Shown: positions 26,401 through 37,110 of the stretch, in pieces | Layout of the letters: each line of letters opens with the position of its first letter | How positions within the stretch are numbered: position 1 is the first letter of the stretch | Assembly: GCA_043228905.1 (NCBI GenBank) | Contig: JBHGNT010000007.1 | Span: 4,278,001-4,342,000 of the forward strand | Direction: 5' to 3' | DNA: 64,000 nucleotides | Source: Azolla caroliniana | Lineage: Eukaryota > Plantae > Polypodiophyta | The notes under the pieces: generated by a model | What the model was told of the DNA's origin: nothing | The model's database searches: none | What the model saw: only the letters and a program-made list of their open reading frames with translations | Made by a program: the position numbers and the translations under genes

Positions 26401-28761
26401 TTACACAAGGAATACTAATCTCGAACAATGTACCACTGACTTAGTCAAATTACACAATTAGTACTAATCCTGAACAATGTACTACTCAACAATGTACCAC
26501 TGACTTAGTCAAATTACACAATTAGTACTAATCCTGAACAATGTACTACTCAACAATGTACCACTGACTTAGTCAAATTACACAATTAGTACTAATCCTG
26601 AACAATGTACTACTCAACAATGTACCACTGACTTAGTCAAATTACACAATTAGTACTAATCCTACAAAATGTACTACTCACTTATTTTCTAGATTACTGA
26701 TCTAGTACTAATAAGGTACAAAACTAGTACTAATAAGGAACAAAGTACTACTCAGTTCCCAAATTACAAAACTAGTATTAATCATGAGCAATGTACTAGT
26801 AACTTAGTTCACAAAGTACAGAACTAGTACTAATCATGAACCATGTAGTACTTACTAAGTACTAATCCAACAAATGTAGATTGGTATTTTGCACACAAGT
26901 AATACTAAACATGATATGTCTTCTACACACCTAGTTACATAACTTGTACTAATTACACCAACAATATTAATCTTGAACAGTATTAGTACTAAACGTGATA
27001 TGTGTTTGACACACCTCATTTCCAAATTACAATAATTGTACTATTATTCAACAATTTACTATACACCTTGTTCCCAAATTACATTACTAGTACTAATTCC
27101 CAAGTTACACAAACAATCTTAACAGTCAACAGTGTACTATAAGTATAGTGTTTACTAAACTAATACTAGGCAAGTTGCAATATAGATTGGACGATGTTGT
27201 ACCTGGTTCCCTTTTAGTACTACTAATTGTGGAAAATATCCCTTCAACTACACATACCAATTATATATTAAGAGTACTGCCAATACTAACCCACATAATT
27301 AGGGTTCCACATAATAGTTGTTAGAGATTACACTAAATTTGAAGTATGAATTGTGGCATACACTAGTTCTAGTCCAAATGTTAATTGACATCATATAATA
27401 CAAACAATAGAATAGTAGAGCCACATACCGTACGGGTGTACTTTTAAACCCCAAGCATAGTACCACTCAGCCGCAATTGTAGTTTTACAGTCCATACATG
27501 TATTCTCTTTCTCAAAATGATACTTAGCACATAGCACATGATATGTGTGCAAGCATGGTGTAATCACAACATCCATAGCCTCCAGCTTGAATCCGAGGCC
27601 ACAAAATATACACCTGGAAGATTGCAAACACAAGTTATAATATATTAGTTGCTCGCTTATTTATACCAAAGAAGTAGAAATAAATAACTTTTAAAGCCAA
27701 TACCGTGATATAGCTATACTAATAATGGTACTTTCTATACCACTTGGGTGCTCAATTACAGATGGACACAAAGTATCAAAACCATTTTGTTTTAAATCCT
27801 GCATCAAGCATGCAAGGTTCTCAGAATGCAACTTTAAGGCTAACAACTTATTATCTATTTCTTCATGTGCATTCCTGCAAGTATCAAGGTCTCTCATCTG
27901 TGAACCTAATTGAGTGCCCATATTGTTTAGCTCTTTCTTCAACTCCTCTTTCAACACCTCACTTTCTGAATTTTGGATTGTCGATGCAATCCATTCATAT
28001 GTAGTTTTTATTGAAGAAAATTTCTTTTTTGCCTGTATCTCAGCTGATTTAACTGCTTCCAAATAAGCAAGTAGTGTTTGTATTCTTGAGCTCATAGAAG
28101 CTATGCAACCGGCCATCATCTGTTCATGCTTTTCAGTCATTGTGGCCCGTACCTTTGCCTTTAGAACTTGGTGGATAGGTGTTATAGCTAGAATATCCAC
28201 ATGAGAGGTTCTAGATGACTTCAAGCCAGTGTTGGTACTGGAGGACCCTTTGTAATGTTCTGACCGGTGCCGATTAAAATCTTCCCAATTTACGTCAATG
28301 CCACCTTGAACTTCACATGCAAAAGCACGTGCAAAAACAGTACCCACCTCATTGTTAGTGATTTGATTTGTATCATAAACATGTTAGTATCTCGTCTTCA
28401 ATAAATTCATGTATTCCCTCTTCAAACCACTTATGTGGAATCCTCACCTTGTGTCGGGATATGCTGACCCCCAGGTTTTTAACAACCACTCTCTCAGCTC
28501 TGGATACACGTCAGGTCGTGCTCGAAGGAAATAATTCCATCCAAGAGGTGTGTCTCGACTGATGGAGTGGTACATCTTCTTTCTCTGTGTTGATGAATTC
28601 ATCACCCTTTCTCTTGTGGGTGTCTTCTTGCTTTCTTTCATGGGTGTCCTTCTTCCTTCCTTCACTGGTGTCTTCACTTTCTCTTTCATCAATGTCTTCT
28701 TTATGGGTGTCCTTCTCGTCATTGTCCTAGTCAACACAATTCTCAGGGAATGAATATGCAT
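23416..28761 (-). pseudogene. Six-exon gene for a roughly 965-aa coiled-coil/RING-H2 protein with acidic tail; 3 in-frame stops
   Basis: Exons 28761-27704, 27613-27429, 27247-27203, 25196-24870, 24790-24536, 24443-23416; all introns GT-AG and frame-preserving (2898 nt total). RING-H2: CIFC..PCLHTYHVLC..CMDC. Confidence 0.75.
25290..26870. repeat. Intronic minisatellite: 52-bp monomers in a 104-bp A/B higher-order repeat, switching to a 64-bp unit
   Basis: GTACTAATCCCGAACAATGTACTGCTCACTTAGTTCCCAATTTACACAAGTA alternates with GTACTAATCATGCACAATATACTACTCACTTAGTTAGCAAATTACACAAGGA (period 104); 64-bp units from 26424. Confidence 0.95.
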
Positions 28762-28799
28762 GTACTAGAAGAAAACTCAAGCAATTACCATCAACACAT

Positions 28800-29145
28800 A
28801 GCAAATCATCTCATTGCATGTACAAACCATGTCAAACACACAATAACCCTAAATAGTCGGAAAAAAACTCATCCATGTCAAACACACAGACAATAAAAAC
28901 AGACGGATAGGAAAGTCAAAGAAAACGAAAACATTGTAAATCATCATAGCCAACTCCATCACATCGCATGTACAAGCCATGTCAAACACACAAAAACCCA
29001 AAATAGTCGGAAAAACACTCATCCATGTCAAACTCACACAAAATAAAACAGATGGACAGGAAACAAGAACAAAACGAAAACATAGCAACTCATCATAGCC
29101 AACTCCATTTACGTTGCATGTACAAACATGTCTAACACACAACCA
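28800..29145. repeat. About 150-bp degenerate tandem repeat upstream of the RING gene CDS
   Basis: CATGTACAA anchors at about 28817, 28967 and 29117 with homologous flanks. Confidence 0.7.
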
Positions 29146-29748
29146 CCTCGATCAAAATATTTTCATACATTTTTAAAAGAAACACAGAGAAACACAAAGA
29201 AAACAAAAACATACCAGTTGGGCATGCAACACATAGACTATGAATAATCAAACCCTAAAAATGACCATACACATGCAAATAAAAAACAGACAGACAGGAA
29301 ACATTCAGAAAAAGAAAACATACCAGTTGGGCATGCAACACAGAGAATACCTGGAGGTTGTACAACTTGCAGAGGTACCAGACCGTGTTGATTTCGACAA
29401 ACGAGGCTGCTGCAGAGGAGACAAACGAGCATAGACAGAGGAAACAAACGAGCATACACAAGGAAGGAAAATCAACAACACATACAACGAGCAGGGGAAA
29501 CAAAAATCTCTGCGTTCAGAGATCGAACCTGGCACAGAGGGGAACACAAGAACAGCTACGCGGGGAAACAGAGAATCGAAGGTGGAGTGAGAGAGAGAAA
29601 CAGAAAGAAAGAAAGAAACAGAGCTTTGAAAGAAAGAAACAGAAAGAATCGAAGGTGGAGTGAAAGAAAGAAACAGAGAGATAGACCTGTAATAGATATG
29701 TCGTCTTTCTTTAACTTTCTGCCACTGTCTGTCTGACAACTTCGAGAC

Positions 29749-29750
<2 letters not shown>

Positions 29751-29820
<70 letters not shown>

Positions 29821-29891
29821 GTGAGTGAGAGAGAGAGACATACCAATTGACACGTTCGACTACCCATACCAGAGAGAGAGAGAGAGAGAGA
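29751..29891. repeat. (GA)n/(CT)n microsatellite, probable 5' UTR of the RING gene
   Basis: More than 30 consecutive GA units; CT-rich on the gene strand. Confidence 0.9.
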
Positions 29892-31774
29892 TACTGAGAC
29901 TGACCAACTGTCACAATGGATACCTTCTCCAGGTGTGCTTTCGTACAACTCTACCTAGGAGACTGGGGCAACAATTAATGTATTAAATATGGCCTAGGGA
30001 CATTTCGAGTGTGACGTACAATATCTTTGTGCATTCGAGTGTGACGTAATGAATTTGTTTTTTGTTTTTTGAAACTTATTTACAATTTTTAATGTTTATT
30101 TTCTTCTTCGATTTAGTACTAAATTTTTGGCCAAAAGTTGGTACACCGTAGCATGCTTCGACCCATATTTATTTGCCAAAAGTTACTTGGCAAGACTTGA
30201 ACTCATAAACTCTATTTGAGAAAAAGTGTTCGAGAAAGACCACTTCAATCTCTTTGGTTTCTATTTGTTTGTCTTTCTCTTTCACTTTATATATACTAAA
30301 TTTATATTACCAAATTTGATTACCAAAAGAAGTTATTCGAAGAGGATTCAAACTCACGACCTTTTGTTTACAAAGAGGCCTTTGAGATACACGACTTTAA
30401 CTTCTTCCTTTTCTTGTATCTCCTTTCTTTTCTTTAACTGTTGTCTTGATTTATGCAGGCCATCATCTTCTTTAGCGAGCTCTGCATCCCATACCGACAC
30501 GAGCTTCTTCACTCGCTTTAGCTTCCTTTTCTTCTCCTTCTCCTCCTCCTCCTTTAGCCACCATAGGCGTGGCTTATATAGGGTGGTCAACCGCCCTACA
30601 ACCCTCTTGAGGCGGTTGGCAAACTGCGTCCCGTAGGCGGTTGTATTTTTATTTTAATTTAATTTTATATTTATTTATTGATGCTACAATTCAATTTTAT
30701 ACTTCTATATTTGAGAAATTATAGAAATAGCCCTCATTTAATTTTGACTCCCCCTTTTGACATAATTACATTTTTGTCCCAAGTAACATTAATCCTTCCG
30801 AAGCTTGTATCTTGGGCTTCTGAACTCCGATTTACGAACCGAAAATTCCTTCATGCATCACCGGCCCAATCGCCCCTGGTCCTTCGTGCCGCACACATAC
30901 CGGAGTATCTGGTGTGCGCATTGGAGGTGGTCAATGGTTGGTTTCTGCATTAACTGGCTGACCACTCCGAGAGGATAACTGATGTCGGGTCGAGTGATTG
31001 TCAAGCATCATTAAATTCCTCTGTAAATTAGGCCATTTTGCAACGCCAATGTATCATGACATGGGAAAAATGTGGAGGCTAACGCTTCACACATTATACT
31101 ACACATGTTGCACCTAACTACAAAACCATATTCTTTGCGGAACGGGGAAATCATACACATCTATACATCTTAGAGCACATACCGTTATCTGTCATTCAAA
31201 CCATTCCTTCCATGAGACTTAGCTCACATGCATTGTGATGTAAGACAAGGCATTGGGGCACAAGTGATAAGAGTGGTCGGCTATGCCTCGAAGAGTAGAA
31301 AGGGCACTTGCCCTAGATCAGTTGGTATTTAAACCAACCTTTTGTAACTTCGTTACTGTTGGATGTAATATACAGTTTTCTTCTTTAGAGCTCTCTCTGT
31401 CTCTCTCTCTATCTCTCTGTCTCTCTCTCTATTGCATCACGTGCACACACACTCACCACACAAAAGCTCACTACCGCTGCATACCACCATCTACGCTTCT
31501 CATTCTTTACACTAAAGTACATGTTAATTAATGTGGCTTTAAAAGGTTGTACATTGTATTATTCGATGAGGAATTTTGTCATGTTATAAAGAAACAATAG
31601 TAGTGTTTTACATCTAATCTCATCCCCTTCTACAAAGATAATCACTAGGGATATATTCAAGAACTTGGTGCGATATTGGATGATATCATAAAATAGAACC
31701 ACCATTTTACAAAAGATATAGGTATAAATGACTCGATTTCGGATACATCAAGTAGACTAATCAGTTGTTATAAG

Positions 31775-32098
31775 CTAAGACAATGATTGCCACGCTTGCT
31801 TAAGATACATCTGGAACGCAGTCAACGTCACCAACGTGAGTTGTTGATCATTATTTATTTCATTTTCGTAATAATACACCCACTTTATGCAACTCTGCCA
31901 CTCCTGTTCCCAAGTTATAGGTATATTAACCTCTTCCTTCGCCTTCATCGACCACAACTTAAAATCTTCGGCTTTTCTTTTCGATAACCCCTTTATAAAA
32001 TTCTCCACATCACTCGCTATGTCACCAACACTCATAGACTTGCAAAGGATAGGGGCGATCAACAGCAGGAGCAATAATAGATGTGGTTTCATGGCCAT
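31775..32098 (-). CDS. Orphan secreted protein copy B, C-terminally truncated (107 aa), possibly a pseudogene
   Basis: About 97% nt identity to copy A; a roughly 770-bp deletion removes the last ~21 codons (including a Cys) and the 3' UTR. Confidence 0.65.
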   Translation of the reverse strand: MAMKPHLLLLLLLIAPILCKSMSVGDIASDVENFIKGLSKRKAEDFKLWSMKAKEEVNIPITWEQEWQSCIKWVYYYENEINNDQQLTLVTLTAFQMYLKQAWQSLS

Positions 32099-32681
32099 AT
32101 TTATTCTTCTTCAAGCAAAAGAAGAAGAAGAAGAAGGAACCACCAAAATTCTCAAGAATTCGGAGTGAGGTTTTTGTGTGAGTGTTTTTGGAAGAAAGCT
32201 TCTTAAATTGTAAAGTTGAAGGTGAGTTTTTGAGTGTCTCCAAATGTGCCTTAAATACCCACTCTTGTGTAAAAGCATCAAAAGAAGGTTTGGATTCTGG
32301 CCTTCTCACTTCAAGGCCCATTCAAATTGTCCTGGTTTGATGAGTGGGACGTTTCAACAAGATTCTAAAGCATATGAGTGGGACGTACATATTCTAAAGC
32401 ATATATTGCACTTTGTTTTTATGACATCTAATCCAACAATCAAATGTTCATCAGATGTTGGGATGGCATCAATTATGATCGGTCCTTGTGCTACAAAAGC
32501 ATGTATATGAGGAGACTTTATCTTGTTTTATGTAAGAAATATGTGACAACTTACACGTTCAACGAGCTCTTTGTTAGTTAATAGTTAGTTTGGAAGAAGC
32601 TTCTTATCAGATGTCATGAAATAAACACAAAAGAAAAGTGAATGCTATGTCTCAAAAGATAACAATTATGTGGTGTGCCTG

Positions 32682-33242
32682 ACCGTAGCAATGGGCCCGG
32701 TTCGGTTTCTTGACCTTGAAACCAAACCAAACCATTTATTCATAATAAAAACCAAACCAAACTGTTTAAATTTTAAGAAGCCATTTACAAAAAATTTAGA
32801 ATCAAACCAAACCGGTTTACCATAAATCACAACCAAACCGAACAAACCATTTTTGAGAGATATTGATCATCATACTAATTATAAAGTTGTGTGAAAAAAT
32901 CATCATAAATTTGGTCATCATACTTATTATAAATTTAGTTATCATATATTTAGTTAGCATACGTATCATAAATTCAAAAGGAGACTTTGCATATAATGCA
33001 TATAATATTTAATACGTCAAACTAGGTTTTTAAATTAAAAGTTCAAAGTTAGGAGTATTTTTTAACCTTTAAATCTTTAAACCAAACCACGTAAAACTGA
33101 AACCAATAAGCCGATGAACCACTAAACCATGAAATTCAAAACCAAACCAGACTTTTTATTTTATCTTCGAATCAATAAACTATTAAGCCACGGTTTAACA
33201 GTTCAATTCGGTTTGAGCGGAAACAGGGCCCATTGCTACCTA
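32682..33242. mobile_element. Non-autonomous hAT-like element (MITE)
   Basis: Inverted ends GTAGCAATGGGCCC / GGGCCCATTGCTAC with AAACC(G) subterminal repeats. Confidence 0.7.
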
Positions 33243-36200
33243 ACCGCTCATAAAGTTTGGAAACGTTGTAGTCTAGTCTTTCGACTTTCAAATCATCCAA
33301 AATGTTCTCGTTCAATTGTGACATTTGACCAAATGTTGTTCTATTCCAAAGACCTAAATATATGATGAGTGTTACTCTTGTTTCCTAGGAGTCTTACATT
33401 TTACGCGTAATTGCATGACCCCGTTCCACAAACATATTCAACCAAGGAGATATTTTAAAGCATAAATATTGCACTTTTGCATGAGATTTGATTGAACAAT
33501 CAAATAATAACTTGACTCCATATTGGGATGACATCAAATATATTTGGTCATTGCGCTACAAAAGACTAAATATGATGAGACTTTGTGTTGTTTTATAGAA
33601 GAAATATGTTACACCTAGTGTGTTCAATGAACTTTTTGGCCCCAATGGGAGTTTTATTAAACGTTGTACTCAAAAGGCAAGCATTGATTTTCTACACTCT
33701 CAAACTCAAAAGTATGCAATGAAGGCATGGTCGAGGGTGAATGTCACTTGCTCTTCACAAGCTTGGCATACAGTGCAACTCGTGCAAGATATGATAACAT
33801 ATTAAGTGGGAGTGATAACTTAAGTGCAATACTTAAGAATCAAAACACCAACTAGTAGGTTGAGCTCATATGTGTATGCCTTATTCATGGATAATGACTT
33901 TGTGATTCAATGTATGAATACCTCTTTTTAGGAAGGAGACACATATCAAGTGTTATGTGTGGGACAAAAGGGATAAAGTGTGAAACGAATCTAGAGAAAC
34001 GAGTAGGTAAAGGAGGTGAAAAAGACTTGACCTAGAATGAAGGAGGTAAACCAAATACGTGCAGCCGGGAATGGAGGCCGGACATGAGAAGAGTGATTGG
34101 AGCGCGCCAAGAGGAAATAAAAGCTATAAAAAAGTGAGCAGGACCAGGAAGAAGGGAGCACGAGATAAGTGAGGGAGATACCCCTATTATACTAGGAAGA
34201 GAGAACTCTAATTGTATGTCTATTTTTTGTAAGAGAGAGTGAATAGAGTTTCGCCCGAGAGCCGTGTAATCATTTTATTGAAATCTTATTATATACATAA
34301 TTGTGGGTCTAATCTAGTCATGTCATCAATTATTCATCTGTGCTGTGGGATTTATCTCGCAATTTCAAGTGCAATTCATAAGGCTAGTTGTGGCCATCTA
34401 TTTTTCGTAATCGATGAACTTGTGACATCCCTGTTTTTCCATTCCTACGTAACCATGATTCCTTGACCCGATAACCCTAGGGGTAATCGAAGATGTTATC
34501 TCCGAGGAGGAGACAACACAATTTGGCATGCCCGGCTCACGCTATGCAACACAGTTGTTACAAGCATGACCATATAATATCCTATGGTGCGAATTTATCA
34601 TAGTATTCTATACAGGTGGATAAATTGTGAGGGTTAAATGAGAGTGTAAAGTAAAGAGAAATGCACGCGGAATATCGCTCGTCCACAACCGAGTAGTAAG
34701 TCACTTCTTCAAGGAATCAAAACACAGAAACGGAAAGAGGAGAGTACACAAGAAAATGACACCGGATATTTTACGTGGAAAACCCCAATAGGGAAAAAAC
34801 CACAGAAGACTACAGACTCCGAACTATCACTATGAAGAGAAAAGGGTACAGAGGCAACGACCTCGAGCTCTGTTTCTTCGCGCAATGGCAGTTACAACAG
34901 AGTATAACTCTGTATCTCTCTTTCTCTCTCTCTCTGTACCTCCCTCTCTCTCTATACCTCACTCTCTTCCGAACATAAAAAATGGATGACTTGACCTCCG
35001 ACACGACGAGAACAAAAGGAGTCAAGATCTAGACACCATAGTATATACCAAAACAATTTCTTTATATACGGCTCAAAGTCTCAGTAGATTTACAACGATG
35101 GCGGTGAGGCTAGTCTCGGTGATGGGAATTCGTGACGACGATGACCACCAAACATTGTTAGGATTTCGGTCCCTCCGGATGGGATGATGAAGGCCCGGTG
35201 AGAACCGGATGATGCAGCCCCGATGAGAACCTCTCCCCGGATGAAGGGACGTATATGTAAATATGTTTCTGAGAGCCCGTTGGGGCTATATTTGTAAATA
35301 GTCCTAAAGACATATTAGTATAAATATGACCTAGGGCAAACACTTTACGAGGATGGTGCATTGAGGCTAGTATTGTGTGCTAGAGTTATTTTTGGTGTAA
35401 CTATTGTACAAAGGGTAACAGAGAGAGGGAGAGAGATAGAGACATTGATTCTCTGTAGTAACCACTGCCAGGCGAAGAGAGTGAGCATGAGGTCGTTGCC
35501 TCTATGCCCCCCTGTTGTATTCTTTTGACATAGTGATAGTTCGGAGTCTGTGGGCTCCCGTGGTTTTTCCCTCTCAGGGTTTTCCACAGTAACATCTTGT
35601 GTACTCTCTTGTTTACAGTGTTTTATGTATACTTGCATCTATCTCCACATTCCCATTTCTGTGTTTCTAATTCTCAACGAAGTGATCGAAGACTCGGTTT
35701 TGGCCGAGCATTATTCCGCATATTCTCTTCAAACTGGTATCGGAGCGAAACGACATAGAAAATGGAAGATTCATTTGGAGGCATGTTCAAGCTCACCGCC
35801 TCCAACTACCCAGTGTGGAAGTCGAAGATGAGGGACATGCTCGTGGTTAAAGATCTTTGATTGCCTGTTCAGTTCGGGGACAAGAGACCGGACAAGATCG
35901 ATGCCACGATATGGGAGGTGATGCACATGAAGACAATGGCTTACATCCGGTGCTTCATCGACAGGAGCCTGTACAACAACTTCAATGAAGAGAGCAAGGC
36001 TCATGAGCTCTGGGAGAAGATCGACATTATGTTTCAAAACAAAAATGTTGTAAATCGGGTTTCGGTATTTCGGAAGCTTGTGAGGCTCCGGTACCAAGAT
36101 GGCTCCAACATGGCAAAGCACATGAATGCCTTCCAGGGGCTGATTCACTAGGCAACATCATTGGAAGTACCTCTCACCAATGAGGTACTAGCATTGCTCC

Positions 36201-37110
36201 TGCTCGGTTCCTTCCCAGATAGCTGGGACACGTTAGTTGTCACTTTGGGCAATGCCGGGCCGGAAGGAAAACAATTATACCTAGCAAGAGTCAAGTCGAG
36301 CTTGCTAGATGAGGAGGCACATCGGAAAGACAAGGATACGAGCTCTAACTCCAAAGCCCTCCTTACCGAATCGAAACGCGGAAGACAAAGGAACCGGAGT
36401 CCCCAAACTAGGAGAAGTTGGGGACACAGTCAAATTCAAAGGGAAGGCCCACTTGCTTCTGTCAGCATTTCCCGAAAGACAAGGAAATCGACAGTACCAA
36501 TTCAAAGTGGTCATTAGACTGGAATAGCAAAGATCAGAGAGCAGCAAGTGGAGAGGAGTTGATGCTCATCACCGAGGAGAGTGAGTTGAACCTAGCCGGC
36601 GACGAGACAACGTGGGTTGTCGATTCCGGAGCATCATTACACCTGATCACGAACCGGAAATGCTTCTTATCCTACACAACCGATGATCACGGTTCGGATG
36701 GGGAATGAAGGTACATGCCAAATTGTCGACATAGGAGACGTGTGGCTGACAACACCAACCGGATGCAAGTTGCTGCTAAAGGATGTCTGACACGTTCCGA
36801 AGGTTCGACTGAACCTAATATCAGCCGTTCGGCTAGATGATGAAGGCTACACGGGTAGCATTCGGAACAGTGTCATGAAGTTCACCAAGGGGAGCCTAAT
36901 AGTGGCTCGGGCCCAGAAGGTCAGCACATTGTACCTGATGAATGCCCGATTAAGCCCAGAAGAAGTGAATGTTGCTTCCGACACTACCGGTGAGCTGTGG
37001 CACAAGAGACTGTGTTACATGAGCGAGAAGGGGATGAAGAGGCTAGCCGAAGACAACCTCATTCCGGTGAAGCACGTGTAGCTTAAGAACTGCACCGATT
37101 GCCTGGCCGG

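Larger units (their letters stand above)
31099..34955 (+). repeat. Segmental duplication unit U, copy B
   Basis: Collinear with 7326-12560. Confidence 0.92.

Noticed and set aside
25290-26870. CRISPR-like array
   Set aside because: No unique spacers; contiguous tandem units in a eukaryotic intron; no cas genes.
29305-29948. Ser/Leu-repeat ORFs
   Set aside because: Translation of the (CT)n microsatellite.
22790-30320. Defined CACTA, MULE or Helitron boundaries around the RING gene
   Set aside because: No TIR pair, TSD or Helitron 3' hairpin-CTRR end could be identified by eye.
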